This document shows, piece by piece, positions 1-9,481 of a DNA stretch of 64,000 nt. The first letter of the stretch is position 1; each line of letters opens with the position of its first letter. The DNA is from Corallococcus sp. AB038B (GTDB lineage: Bacteria > Myxococcota > Myxococcia > Myxococcales > Myxococcaceae). The notes beneath the pieces are model-generated. The model saw only the letters and a program-made list of their open reading frames with translations, was not told the origin of the DNA and did not search any database. The position numbers were made by a program, and so were the translations under genes. The DNA is taken from NCBI RefSeq assembly GCF_003668955.1, contig NZ_RAWO01000002.1, positions 279,605 to 343,604 on the forward strand, given 5' to 3'.

Positions 1-126
1 GCCGTCACCGTCAACGGCCAGACGGAGCGGCTCCTGGACGACGTGGAGTTCAAGGGCTGGGACGACCAGGGGAACCGGAGCAACTCCACGCCGTACCGCG
101 CTCGGCTCGTCCGCTTCGGCTTCTGA
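1..126 (+). CDS. 3' end of an unidentified gene (C-terminal 41 codons, partial at window edge)
   Basis: Frame 1 is open from the window start to TGA at 124-126 and has GC-rich third positions. No family recognised. Confidence 0.3.
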   Translation, partial: AVTVNGQTERLLDDVEFKGWDDQGNRSNSTPYRARLVRFGF

Positions 127-141
127 CGCCGGAACGAAGAA

Positions 142-173
142 GGGCCGCCACCCGGTGTGATGGGTGACGGCCC
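142..173. terminator. GC-rich hairpin between convergent genes (candidate bidirectional terminator)
   Basis: 12-bp stem gggccgccaccc / gggtgacggccc with one mismatch and an 8-nt loop. It lies between the stop at 124-126 on the plus strand and the typA stop at 203-205 on the minus strand. Confidence 0.45.
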
Positions 174-202
174 CTGGAAGCTTCAGGCGCTCAGCGGAAG
201 GA

Positions 203-2053
203 CTACTCCGCGTCGGCGCGCTCTTCGCGCTTGCGCTCGCGCTCGGCGCGGTAGCGGTCGCCCACGGCCAGCGCCTTCTTGCGCATGCGCACGGACTTGG
301 GCGTCACCTCGACGAGCTCGTCGTCGGCGATCCACTCCAGGGCCTTCTCCAGCCCCATCTCGCGCGGCGGGACGAGGATGACGTTCTCGTCGCGGCCGGC
401 GGCGCGGATGTTGGTGAGCTTCTTCTCGCGGCAGCAGTTGACGTTGAGCTCGGACGGGTGCGCGTTCTCGCCGATGATCATCCCCTCGTACACGGTGGTG
501 CCCGCGCCGATGAAGAGCTGACCGCGCTCCTGGATGCTGAACAGCGCGTACGGCACCGTGTCGCCCAGGCGGTCGGAGACCATCGCTCCGTTGGCGCGCT
601 TCGGGATGTAGCCGAACCACGGCTCGAAGCCGTCGAACTGGCTGCTCATGATGCCCTCACCGCGCGTGATGGTGAGGAACTCCGAGCGGAACCCGATGAG
701 GCCGCGCGCGGGGATGCGGAACTGGAGGCGGGTGCGGCCCGAGCCCAGCTGCGCCATGTCCGTCATGCGGCCCTTGCGGGGCCCCAGGCGCTCCGTCACC
801 ACGCCCACGCTGTTCTCCGGCACGTCGGCGAAGAGCAGCTCCATGGGCTCGTGGAGCTGGCCGTTCACCGTCTTGGTGATGGGCTCCGGGTTGGAGGCCG
901 TGAGCTCGTAGCCCTCGCGGCGCATGTTCTCGATGATGACCGCCAGCGCCAGTTCGCCACGGCCCACCACGCGGAACGCGTCCGGCGTCGCGGTGTCCTC
1001 CACGCGCACGGCCACGTTGCGGTAGGCCTCGCGGTACAGGCGCTCGCGCAGGTTGCGGGAGGTGACGTACTTGCCTTCCTTGCCCGCCAGCGGCCCGTCG
1101 TTGACCTTGAAGATCATCATCATCGTGGGCTCGTCCACGGTGATGCGCGGCAGCGCCACGGGCTTCTCGAAGTCCGCGATGGTGTCGCCGATGCTGATTT
1201 CCTCGATGCCCGCGATGGAGACGATCTCACCCGGGCCCGCGTCCGGAATCTCCGTGCGCTTCAGGCCGGAGAAGCCGAACAGCTTGACGACCTTGCCCTG
1301 CTGCACCTTGCCGCCATCGCGGACGATGGACACGGGCATGTTCGGGGTGATGCGGCCCGCCTGCACGCGACCCACCGCCAGACGGCCGACGTAGTCGTCG
1401 TAGTCCAGGTTGGCGACGAGCAGCTGCAGCGTCGTCTGCTCCACCGGGGGCGGGGGCGGGGGCGGGATGTGCTTGATGATGGCGTCGTACAGCGGCTCCA
1501 GCGTCTTGCCCGGCACGTCCAGCGACGTGGAGGCCTGACCCTGGCGCGCGACGGTGTAGAGGACGGGCATCTCCAGCTGCTCTTCGTTCGCGCCCAGGTC
1601 GATGTAGAGCGAGTACACCAGGTCCAGCACTTCCTTGGCCCGGGCGTCCTGACGGTCGATCTTGTTGATGACCAGCACGGTCTTCAGGCCCATGGCCAGC
1701 GCCTTGGTGAGCACGAAGCGCGTCTGGGGCAGGGGACCTTCGGCGGCGTCCACCAGCAGGATGACGCCATCGACCAGGCGCAGACCGCGCTCCACCTCGC
1801 CACCGAAGTCGGCGTGGCCCGGCGTGTCGATGATGTTGATCTGCATCCCCTTGTAGGAGACGGCAGTGTTCTTCGCGAGGATGGTGATGCCCTTCTCGCG
1901 CTCGAGGTCGTTCGAGTCCATGACCCGCTCGGCCACGTGCTCATTGGAGCGGAAGGTCCCCGCCTGCCGGAGCAGGTGGTCGACGAGGGTGGTCTTGCCG
2001 TGGTCGACGTGGGCGACAATGGCGACGTTGCGGATGTTTTCGCGAGAGATCAT
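203..2053 (-). CDS. typA: Translational GTPase TypA/BipA
   Basis: N-terminus [24 protein letters not shown]-domain motifs DTPGHADF and NKID are present. Length and architecture match BipA. There is a run of seven prolines (PPPPPPP) between domains. The ORF track extends 3 codons upstream to a TTG; the ATG at 2053 is preferred. Confidence 0.9.
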   Translation of the reverse strand: MISRENIRNVAIVAHVDHGKTTLVDHLLRQAGTFRSNEHVAERVMDSNDLEREKGITILAKNTAVSYKGMQINIIDTPGHADFGGEVERGLRLVDGVILLVDAAEGPLPQTRFVLTKALAMGLKTVLVINKIDRQDARAKEVLDLVYSLYIDLGANEEQLEMPVLYTVARQGQASTSLDVPGKTLEPLYDAIIKHIPPPPPPPVEQTTLQLLVANLDYDDYVGRLAVGRVQAGRITPNMPVSIVRDGGKVQQGKVVKLFGFSGLKRTEIPDAGPGEIVSIAGIEEISIGDTIADFEKPVALPRITVDEPTMMMIFKVNDGPLAGKEGKYVTSRNLRERLYREAYRNVAVRVEDTATPDAFRVVGRGELALAVIIENMRREGYELTASNPEPITKTVNGQLHEPMELLFADVPENSVGVVTERLGPRKGRMTDMAQLGSGRTRLQFRIPARGLIGFRSEFLTITRGEGIMSSQFDGFEPWFGYIPKRANGAMVSDRLGDTVPYALFSIQERGQLFIGAGTTVYEGMIIGENAHPSELNVNCCREKKLTNIRAAGRDENVILVPPREMGLEKALEWIADDELVEVTPKSVRMRKKALAVGDRYRAERERKREERADAE

Positions 2054-2181
2054 CAGGACCAACTAACGGAAAAGAAGGTGCGAGGAGAGACGCCCAGAAC
2101 GGGGTTTCTCAATCCCACCGGAACCCGGAAGGCGGGGGCTTATATGCCGGGGGCTTCCCACCTGCAATGAAGGCGGGTGTC

Positions 2182-2213
2182 CAGCAGGCAAACAATCAGC
2201 CCCCCTGCCTGCT
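2182..2213 (-). terminator. Stem-loop 6 nt downstream of the alpha/beta hydrolase stop
   Basis: Inverted repeat cagcaggca ... tgcctgctg (9-bp stem, 14-nt loop) lying between the hydrolase 3' end and the typA 5' end. No clear U-tract follows. Confidence 0.35.
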
Positions 2214-2219
2214 GGGCGC

Positions 2220-3146
2220 TTATCCCACCTTCGGGGCGACTTCCGCGGTTTCCACGCCCAGCCGCTCCCTCAGGAAGCGCTCCACCCGCAGCTCCACCAG
2301 GCCTGGAACTTCCAGTGGGGCGGTATGGGTGCCCTCGGAAATCATCAGGAGCTCAGAGGAGGGGATGCGCTCGGCCATCTTCCGGGACAGCCAGCCGGGG
2401 GTGAAGCGGTCCTTCTCCCCGGCGACCACCAGGGTGGGCACGTCCACGTGGTCCAGGTGGTCCTCGGCGGTGTGGTTCGCCAGCGAATCCAGGGTTCGCA
2501 CGAAGACGACGGGGTCCATGCGTGCCAGATGCGTGAAGTACGGGGCCAGGTCGTTGCGGGCGATGAGGTCCGGGTTCATCTCCAGGCGGATGGCCAGCTG
2601 CACCACCAATTCCGTGGTGAGCGCCCCGTGCACGATGCGCGCGGTGTGCCGGGGGAAGCGCTCCACCGCGGCCCTCAGGGTGGGGAAGAGGCGCTTGAGC
2701 AGCGTGGAGTCATGGAAGGTGTCCAGCGGCAGGCCGTAGCTGCCGCACACCAGCACCAGCCCCTCCACGCGCCGGGCGTAGCGGCGGTGGAACTCCAGCG
2801 CCACCTGCACGCCCATGGAGTGGCCGAAGAGGACGGCCTTGTCCATCTGCGCGGCGTCCATCACCCGCGCCAGGTCGTCGCAGGTGTACGCCATGCCAAT
2901 GCGTGTGCGGTCCGTGGGGACGGTGCTCTTGCCGTGACCCCGGTAGTGCCAGCGCAGCACTCGGTGGCGCCGGCCCAGGTAGGGCAGGAGGTACTTCCAG
3001 GCGAAGCCGTCACAGCCCAGGCCGTCGCACAGCACCATGCCCGGGGCCCCGTCCCCCCGCACCTGGTAGTAGAGGTCCGCGCCGTCCGGCACCCGCAGCG
3101 AGTCCTGCCGGAAGGAGACCGCCTGTCCGTGGGGTGCGCTCACGCC
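2220..3146 (-). CDS. Alpha/beta-fold hydrolase
   Basis: HGW..GHGKS and nucleophile elbow GHSMG are present. The long R/P-rich N-terminal extension in the ORF track is rejected. GTG start at 3146 overlaps the upstream stop as GTGA. Confidence 0.7.
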   Translation of the reverse strand, partial: GVSAPHGQAVSFRQDSLRVPDGADLYYQVRGDGAPGMVLCDGLGCDGFAWKYLLPYLGRRHRVLRWHYRGHGKSTVPTDRTRIGMAYTCDDLARVMDAAQMDKAVLFGHSMGVQVALEFHRRYARRVEGLVLVCGSYGLPLDTFHDSTLLKRLFPTLRAAVERFPRHTARIVHGALTTELVVQLAIRLEMNPDLIARNDLAPYFTHLARMDPVVFVRTLDSLANHTAEDHLDHVDVPTLVVAGEKDRFTPGWLSRKMAERIPSSELLMISEGTHTAPLEVPGLVELRVERFLRERLGVETAEVAPKVG

Positions 3147-4729
3147 TCCACCTCTTCCGTGTCCAGCCCCTCGGGGATGCCCTTGTCCAGCCCGTAGCGG
3201 GAGATCTTCAGGAGGAGGTTGGAGCGGCTGATGCCCAGCTCGCGCGACAGCCGGCTCTTGTTGTAGCGGGTGCGCACCAGCCCCTGGTGGATCATCTCCT
3301 TCTCCAGGGACTCCACCGCCTCGTGCAGCTTGCCGTGCGCGCGCGGGGCGATGAAGGGCCCGCCGCCGGGGACGACGGCGTCTCGGATGCGGCTGGAGAG
3401 CAGGTCCGCGGGGATGGTCTCCAGCTCGCCGCCCAGCACGAGCAGCCGCTCGATTTCGTTCTCCAGCTCGCGGATGTTCCCCGGCCACGCGTACGCGCCC
3501 AGGATGCCCAGGGCCTCCGGCGCCAGGCCCCGCGCGCGCTGGCCCTCGCGGTGGTGCTTGCGCAGGAAGTGGTCGATGAGGACGGGCAGGTCGTCCTTGC
3601 GCTCGCGCAGGGGCGGCAGCTGCAGGCGGATGACGTTGATGCGGTAGAAGAGGTCCTCGCGGAACTCGCCGCGCTTCACCATCTCGCCCAGGTCCTTGTG
3701 GGTGGCGGCGATGACGCGCACGTCGACCTCGCGGGAATGGGTGCCGCCCACCGGCAGGAAGGTGCCCTCCTGGAGCACGCGCAGGAGCTTCACCTGGAGG
3801 GCAGGGGACATGTCTCCCACCTCGTCCAGGAAGAAGGTGCCCTGGTCCGCGACCTCGAAGAGGCCCTTCTTGTCCTTGAGCGCGCCGGTGAAGGCGCCGC
3901 GGGTGTGCCCGAAGAGGGCGCTCTCCAGCAGGTTGTCGTTGAAGGCGGAGCAGTTCTGCACGACGAACGGCTTGTCCTTGCGCGGGCCGTTGTGGTGGAT
4001 GGCGCGCGCCACCAGCTCCTTGCCCGTGCCGGACTCGCCGTTGATGAGGACGGTGGAGTCGGAGTGGGCCACCTTCTCCATCAGGCGGAAGACTTCGTTC
4101 ATGGCCCCGGAGCGGCCGATGATCTTCTCGAAGCGGTAGCGGTTGGACAGCTCGGAGGCCATGGACTGGATGGTCTCCTCCTTGCGCGTGAGCTCCACCT
4201 CCTGGTTGGCGATCTCCGTGACCGCGAACTCCAGCAGGTCCGACAGCTTGCTCAGCTCCGAGCCGTCCAGCACTGGCACGCGCTCCGCCGCGCCCTCCAG
4301 CTCCAGCATCGCCCCGGGCGCGATGTCGCGCATCTTGCTCAGGAGCACCTGTCCGTCCCCGGGCATGAGCGGCTGCCGGGCGAAGCCCTCCACGAAGAGG
4401 AAGCCCTCGTACTCGTTGCGGATGTAGAGCGGCGCGCCCACGATGGACAGGCGCAGGTGGCAGTCGTGGAAGAGCGAGCGGCGCAGGTTCTTGGCGGCCT
4501 TGAACTTCTCATGCAGCACCCGCACCGACTGGGCACACCGCCGCATCCCCTCCCGCGCCCCCAGCGAGTGGCGGCAGAAGTCGTTGGGCGGCGGGATGAA
4601 ATCCCCGCGCTGCCAGTCGTGCACCAGGCCGTTGCGATCCGCGAACGAAAGCTCCACCTGCCACCACTTGCGGATGACATCCCTCAACATGACAATGGTG
4701 TGCAGATTCTGATGCTTCTCGAAGTCCAT
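3140..4729 (-). CDS. Sigma-54-dependent transcriptional activator (NtrC-family enhancer-binding protein)
   Basis: AAA+ sigma-54 interaction domain with Walker [10 protein letters not shown]-terminal HTH ([18 protein letters not shown]). A ~170-aa N-terminal sensory domain containing Cys and His residues. ATG at 4729 reads MDFEKHQ. Confidence 0.85.
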   Translation of the reverse strand: MDFEKHQNLHTIVMLRDVIRKWWQVELSFADRNGLVHDWQRGDFIPPPNDFCRHSLGAREGMRRCAQSVRVLHEKFKAAKNLRRSLFHDCHLRLSIVGAPLYIRNEYEGFLFVEGFARQPLMPGDGQVLLSKMRDIAPGAMLELEGAAERVPVLDGSELSKLSDLLEFAVTEIANQEVELTRKEETIQSMASELSNRYRFEKIIGRSGAMNEVFRLMEKVAHSDSTVLINGESGTGKELVARAIHHNGPRKDKPFVVQNCSAFNDNLLESALFGHTRGAFTGALKDKKGLFEVADQGTFFLDEVGDMSPALQVKLLRVLQEGTFLPVGGTHSREVDVRVIAATHKDLGEMVKRGEFREDLFYRINVIRLQLPPLRERKDDLPVLIDHFLRKHHREGQRARGLAPEALGILGAYAWPGNIRELENEIERLLVLGGELETIPADLLSSRIRDAVVPGGGPFIAPRAHGKLHEAVESLEKEMIHQGLVRTRYNKSRLSRELGISRSNLLLKISRYGLDKGIPEGLDTEEVEA

Positions 4730-4842
4730 CCCCGCGTCCCTCGGCCTGTTGCGGATCAGGACAACGGATCTACGGGGTTGTCCGAAATCAATCCAGCGGC
4801 ACCTGTCTGAATAACGGCGCCAATGGCGTACCCTGGTTCCCT

Positions 4843-5850
4843 GTGAGCGCACCCCCACATACACACGGCAGGGCCGGGCACGGTCATTCGCACGACCACG
4901 ACCATGACCACTCGCACCATGGGCATTCGCACGGCCATGGGCACGGTCATTCGCACGGTCCCCGCAAGGGCGGGCTGGCGGAGGAGCGGCGCAAGGACCG
5001 GCGGCGGCTGCTGTTCGCGCTGGGGCTGACGGCGACCATCATGGTGGCGGAGGCGGTGGGTGGCTTCCTCACCAACTCGCTGGCGCTGCTCTCCGACGCC
5101 GGGCACATGCTGACGGACGTGTCGGCCATGGTCCTGAGCCTGCTGGCGCTCTGGTTCGCCGGGCGGCCCGCGGACCTGAAGAAGACCTACGGCTACTACC
5201 GGATGGAGATTCTGAGCGCGCTCCTCAACGGGGTGCTGCTGCTGGTCATCACCATCTTCATCCTGATGGAGGCCTGGCAGCGCATGCGCACGCCCGCTCC
5301 GGTGGAGTTGGGGCCCATGGCGCTGGTGGCGGGAATTGGCCTGGTGGCGAACCTGGCGGCGCTGGGCTTCCTGCACCAGACGCACTCCATGAACGTGCGC
5401 GGTGCGTTCCTGCACGTGCTGGGGGACACGCTGTCCTCGGTAGGCGTGCTGATTGGCGCGGGCGTGATGTGGTGGACCGGCTGGTACGTCGTGGACCCCA
5501 TCATCTCCGTGCTGATTTCGATGATCATCGTCGTGGGCGCGCTGCGGCTGGTGAAGGACGCGGTGGACGTGCTCCTGGAGGCGGTGCCCGCGCACGTGGA
5601 CCTGGAGCAGGTGCGCGACCTCATGGGAAAGGTGCCGGGCGTGCAGGCGGTGCACGACCTGCACGTGTGGACCATCTCCAGCGGCATGTACGCGCTGTCC
5701 GCGCACCTGGTGGTGGCGGACCCCATGGTCTGCAACAACGACGACATCCTGTCCGCGGTGAAGCACGACCTCTTCGACCGCTTCGGCATCGACCACACGA
5801 CCATCCAGATTGAGAGCCAGTCCTACGCCCACCTGGGCGAAGTGCACTGA
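4843..5850 (+). CDS. Cation diffusion facilitator (CzcD/ZitB-like) metal efflux protein
   Basis: Six TM helices. CDF signature region, cytoplasmic C-terminal domain and a 35-aa His-rich N-terminus (HGHSHDHDHDHSHHGHSHGHGHGHSHG). GTG start. Confidence 0.85.
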   Translation: MSAPPHTHGRAGHGHSHDHDHDHSHHGHSHGHGHGHSHGPRKGGLAEERRKDRRRLLFALGLTATIMVAEAVGGFLTNSLALLSDAGHMLTDVSAMVLSLLALWFAGRPADLKKTYGYYRMEILSALLNGVLLLVITIFILMEAWQRMRTPAPVELGPMALVAGIGLVANLAALGFLHQTHSMNVRGAFLHVLGDTLSSVGVLIGAGVMWWTGWYVVDPIISVLISMIIVVGALRLVKDAVDVLLEAVPAHVDLEQVRDLMGKVPGVQAVHDLHVWTISSGMYALSAHLVVADPMVCNNDDILSAVKHDLFDRFGIDHTTIQIESQSYAHLGEVH

Positions 5851-5897
5851 CTCACGCTTGCGAAAGGCGCGCGGGGAGGGAATCCTCGCGGGCCTCT

Positions 5898-6941
5898 ATG
5901 AGCGTGCTGGACAAGGTGTTGTCGCTGCGGCCGGGCAATGTGGTGGCGCGGGTGGGCCCGGGCTCCCGGGTGCCCCTGTTGGATCCACGAGAGTTGCTTG
6001 CGGCGCTGGAATCCACGCCCATGGCGCTGCCGTGCCTGCCGGTGTTGTCCAAGGGCTCGCTGCCGGGCCTGTTGGGCGCAGCCCGCGCGGAGGACTCGGT
6101 GCTGGGCCTCTCCTGCCCGCACCCCCTGGCGGACCGGGGCGCGCCGGAGCGCTTCGTGAGGGCGGTGCACGCGGCGGCGCAGGAGGCCGAGCACACCCGG
6201 CCCCTGTTCCTCCAGGCCGGCCCCCTTCGAGTCACTTCCACGGACGCGGACGTGCTGGATGCCCTGCAGGACGGCATCTTCCGCGTGGTGGACGCGGGCT
6301 TCGCGCTGGTGTCGTTGGACCTGTCGCGCCTCACCTCCTACGAGGCCGTGGAGGCGGTGAACGCGCTGGTGGGCCCGCTCAAGGAGCGCGAGCTGTCGCT
6401 GGAGGTGTCCCCGCCCCAGCTGTCCTCCGGCGGGCTGGTGGACGCGTGCGCGACGCTGCTGGAGGGGCTGGCGCAGTGGCAGGTCCCGCTGCGCTTCCTG
6501 CGCGTGTCGGACGCCCAACTGGGAGAGGGCGAGCTGGACGTGGATCTGCTGCGGCAGGTGGTGGAGACGGCCGCGGCGAAGGGCGTGTCGGTGTCGGTGG
6601 CCGAGTCCTCCACCGGACCCGCGCGGGGGCTGTCCAGCTACGTGGCCGTGGGTGTACGCAAGGTGGACCGGGGAGGGCCCTTCGGTCCGCTGGCCCTGCG
6701 CGCCTGGCCTCCGGAGGTCCGCGAGGCGGTAGTTGCGCGGGCGCAGGCGGCGGGCATGCCGGCCGGGGAGCTGCTCTCCGTCCTGGAGGAGGGGCTGCCG
6801 CCCCTGTCGTCCTCGGCCCGGGAGACGCTGGAGGCGCTGTCCTTCGCGGAGGCCACGGAGGCGCTGGTGGCGTTGGGGGCGCACCGGTCCTCGTCGGTGG
6901 CCATGGCGTTCCTCGCGAAGCCGGGCGGGGACCTGGGCTAG
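5898..6941 (+). CDS. Hypothetical protein
   Basis: 347-codon ORF with high third-position GC. It sits 10 nt upstream of rsmD on the same strand. No motif recognised. Confidence 0.5.
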   Translation: MSVLDKVLSLRPGNVVARVGPGSRVPLLDPRELLAALESTPMALPCLPVLSKGSLPGLLGAARAEDSVLGLSCPHPLADRGAPERFVRAVHAAAQEAEHTRPLFLQAGPLRVTSTDADVLDALQDGIFRVVDAGFALVSLDLSRLTSYEAVEAVNALVGPLKERELSLEVSPPQLSSGGLVDACATLLEGLAQWQVPLRFLRVSDAQLGEGELDVDLLRQVVETAAAKGVSVSVAESSTGPARGLSSYVAVGVRKVDRGGPFGPLALRAWPPEVREAVVARAQAAGMPAGELLSVLEEGLPPLSSSARETLEALSFAEATEALVALGAHRSSSVAMAFLAKPGGDLG

Positions 6942-6951
6942 AAGGGCGCGC

Positions 6952-7509
6952 ATGCGCATCGTTGCAGGCAGCGCGAAGGGTCGGGCCCTGACGGGGCCCA
7001 AGCCGTCGTCCGAACACATCCGCCCCACGGCGGACCGGGTCCGGGAAACCATCTTCAACATGCTGGGCCAGTTCCTGGACGGCCAGGCCGTGCTGGACCT
7101 GTACGCGGGCACCGGCGCCCTGGGGCTGGAGGCCCTGTCGCGGGGCGCGGGGCGGCTGGTGCTGGTGGACCAGGACCGCGAGGCCCTGGCCCTGTGCCGG
7201 AAGAACACCGACGCGCTGGGCTTCGCCGCCCAGGTGTCCATCCTGGCGCAGCCCGTGGTCCGCGCGCTGGAGACGCTGGGCAAGCAGGGGGCGAAGTTCG
7301 ACCTCGTCTTCGCGGATCCGCCCTACGCGGCGCGCGTGGTGGAGACGGTGCTGGAGGCGGTGGTGGCCGCGGGCGTGGTGACGCCGGGCGGCACGGTGAT
7401 GGTGGAGCACGACAAGCGGGAAGCGGCCCCGGAGGCCCACTCGGGGCTCGCCCTGGAGGACCAGCGCCGCTTCGGGGACACCCTGGTGAGCTTCTACCGG
7501 GCCCCGTGA
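6952..7509 (+). CDS. rsmD: 16S rRNA (guanine966-N2)-methyltransferase RsmD
   Basis: N-terminus MRIVAGSAKGRAL. SAM motif LDLYAGTGALGLEALSRGA and the DPPY motif. Its position directly upstream of coaD is conserved in many bacteria. Confidence 0.8.
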   Translation: MRIVAGSAKGRALTGPKPSSEHIRPTADRVRETIFNMLGQFLDGQAVLDLYAGTGALGLEALSRGAGRLVLVDQDREALALCRKNTDALGFAAQVSILAQPVVRALETLGKQGAKFDLVFADPPYAARVVETVLEAVVAAGVVTPGGTVMVEHDKREAAPEAHSGLALEDQRRFGDTLVSFYRAP

Positions 7510-7556
7510 CGTGCGCTTGACCGGCCCCGTGGGCCCGCCGAGACTTCAACGCACCC

Positions 7557-8039
7557 ATGCCGGTCGCCATCTATCCTGGTTCGTTCGATCCGCTCACCAA
7601 CGGGCACCTGAGCCTCATTCAGCGCAGCCTGAAGATGTTCGACCGGCTCATCGTCGCCATCGCGGTGAACCCGAAGAAGACGCCCCTCTTCAGCCAGGAG
7701 GAGCGCATCGAGCTCATCCGTGAAGCGGTGAACGACCCCCGCGTGGAGGTGGACGCCTTCCACGGCCTGCTGGTGGACTACGTGCACCAGCGCAACGTGA
7801 GCGTCGTCATCCGCGGGCTGCGCGCGGTGTCGGACTTCGAATACGAGTTCCAGCTGGCGAACATGAACCGCAAGCTGGCGCCGGACATCGACACCGTCTT
7901 CATGATGACGGGTGAGGACTACTTCTACATCTCCTCGCAGCTGGTCCGGGAGGTCGCGACCTTCGGGGGGAACGTGGATGGGCTCGTCCCCCCGAACGTC
8001 AACGCGGGGCTGAAGAAGAAGTTCGGCCCGAAACCCTAG
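7557..8039 (+). CDS. coaD: Phosphopantetheine adenylyltransferase
   Basis: N-terminus [18 protein letters not shown]. Length is 160 aa. The (T/H)xGH nucleotidyltransferase motif is present. Confidence 0.9.
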   Translation: MPVAIYPGSFDPLTNGHLSLIQRSLKMFDRLIVAIAVNPKKTPLFSQEERIELIREAVNDPRVEVDAFHGLLVDYVHQRNVSVVIRGLRAVSDFEYEFQLANMNRKLAPDIDTVFMMTGEDYFYISSQLVREVATFGGNVDGLVPPNVNAGLKKKFGPKP

Positions 8040-8120
8040 GGTCGTTCCGGAGGGGCAGCCGGCCCCCATGGCGCGCGAGCGGGCTTGTCCGGCTCGGGAG
8101 TTCCGCGCTACGCAGGGCGC

Positions 8121-9314
8121 ATGAAACTCGCCCGCCGGCTGCAAGCCATCAAGCCTTCCGCCACCCTGGCCCTCAACGCCCGCGCCAAGGCGCTCGCCGC
8201 GAGCGGCAAGGACGTGGTGGTGCTCGCCGCCGGTGAGCCGGACTTCGACACGCCGGAGTTCGTGAAGCAGGCGGCCATCGACGCGCTCCGTACGGGCTTC
8301 ACCAAGTACACCGCCACCGCGGGCATGCCGGAGCTGCGCGAGGCCGTCTGCCGCAAGCTGGAGAAAGACAACGGCCTGAAGTACGCGGTGGATCAGGTGG
8401 TGGTGACGGCGGGCGGCAAGCAGTCGCTCTACAACTGCTTCCAGGCGCTGCTGGACGAAGGCGACGAGGTCATCATCTTCGCGCCGTACTGGGTGAGCTA
8501 CCCGGACATGGTGCACCTGGCGGGCGGCACGCCGGTCATCGTCCCCACGCGCGAGGAGGACGGCTACGCGCCGGACCCCGCCGCCATCAAGAAGGCGCTC
8601 ACCCCGCGCACGCGCGCCATCGTGCTCAACAGCCCGGCCAACCCCACGGGCGCGGTGTACTCGCGCGCCACGCTGGAGGGCATTGCCGACGCGGTGCGCG
8701 GCCATGACTGCATCATCGTCACCGACGACATGTACGAGAAGCTCCTCTACACGGGGGAGCCGTTCCTCAACCTGGGCAACGTGGCGCCGGACCTGGTGCC
8801 CCGGCTGCTGCTGTCCAACGGCCTGTCCAAGTCCCACGCGATGACGGGCTGGCGGCTGGGCTACGCGGCGGGGCCCAAGGCGCTCATCACCGGCATGCAG
8901 CTGGTGCAGGACCAGTCCACCTCCAACGCGTCCTCCATCACGCAGAAGGCGGCGCTGGCGGCGCTCAATGGCCCCACGGACACCATCACCGCGATGGTGA
9001 ACGAGTACCGCGAGCGCCGGGATCTGTTCGTCGCGGGACTCAATGCCATCCCCGGCATCCGCTGCCGGCTGCCGGAAGGCGCCTTCTACGCGATGGCGGA
9101 CGTGCGGGGCCTGCTGGGCAAGACGTACAAGGGCAAGCCGCTGACGGACTCGCTCCAGCTCTCCGAGGCGCTGCTCAACGACTTCCTCGTGGCGGCGGTG
9201 CCGGGAGACCCGTTCGGTGCGCCGGGCTACATCCGCATGAGCTTCGTCACCTCTCGCGAGGTGCTGCAGAAGGGCCTGACGCGCCTGCGGGACTTTGTCG
9301 CGGCGCTGGGCTGA
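8121..9314 (+). CDS. Class I/II pyridoxal-phosphate aminotransferase (aspartate aminotransferase family)
   Basis: N-terminus MKLARRLQAIKPSATL. An SNGLSKSHAMTGWRLGY PLP-lysine region is present. Length is about 400 aa. Confidence 0.85.
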   Translation: MKLARRLQAIKPSATLALNARAKALAASGKDVVVLAAGEPDFDTPEFVKQAAIDALRTGFTKYTATAGMPELREAVCRKLEKDNGLKYAVDQVVVTAGGKQSLYNCFQALLDEGDEVIIFAPYWVSYPDMVHLAGGTPVIVPTREEDGYAPDPAAIKKALTPRTRAIVLNSPANPTGAVYSRATLEGIADAVRGHDCIIVTDDMYEKLLYTGEPFLNLGNVAPDLVPRLLLSNGLSKSHAMTGWRLGYAAGPKALITGMQLVQDQSTSNASSITQKAALAALNGPTDTITAMVNEYRERRDLFVAGLNAIPGIRCRLPEGAFYAMADVRGLLGKTYKGKPLTDSLQLSEALLNDFLVAAVPGDPFGAPGYIRMSFVTSREVLQKGLTRLRDFVAALG

Positions 9315-9481
9315 CGGCGGAAACGGTCGTTGCGCCCGGCAACTTTCCGGAGCCGGAGTGAATTGATGCTCACACGGTACGTCGGAGGGGTGGCATAGGG
9401 CACGCGGGCCGGTTCCCCGTGACCTGGTGCCCGCAGTCAACAGCCGGACGCGGCCCCGTCCCCAACCGGAAGAGCTCAGAC

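Noticed and set aside
164-2170. 668-aa ORF on the plus strand overlapping typA
   Set aside because: It is antisense to a well-supported conserved gene. Its amino-acid composition (Arg/Ala/Gly/Leu/His) is typical of spurious frames in 70% GC DNA. The same reasoning rejects the long antisense ORFs 2903..4810, 5823..7283, 7494..9560, 13692..16907, 27428..29011, 31801..33570, 38284..40095, 43606..45645, 47626..49914, 53607..55487, 55501..57330, 59772..60926 and 62496..63980.
2220-3488. Long N-terminal extension of the hydrolase ORF (422 aa)
   Set aside because: The first ~110 codons are R/P/G-rich with no hydrolase similarity and overlap the sigma-54 activator gene in another frame. The GTG at 3146 overlapping the upstream stop is the credible start.
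4822-4836. Motif ATGGCGT(T)ACCCTGG found upstream of both the CDF gene (4822-4836) and the first contractile-operon gene (53552-53566), each 9-15 nt before a GTG start
   Set aside because: Two copies of a 14-mer with one indel are expected by chance many times over in 64 kb of GC-rich DNA. I cannot show conservation. It is not a clean sigma-54 (-24 GG / -12 GC) or SD element.
6733-6951. Upstream extension of the rsmD ORF (starts at 6733)
   Set aside because: It overlaps the 3' end of the hypothetical gene 5898..6941 and is Arg/Pro/Trp-rich. The conserved RsmD N-terminus begins at the ATG at 6952.
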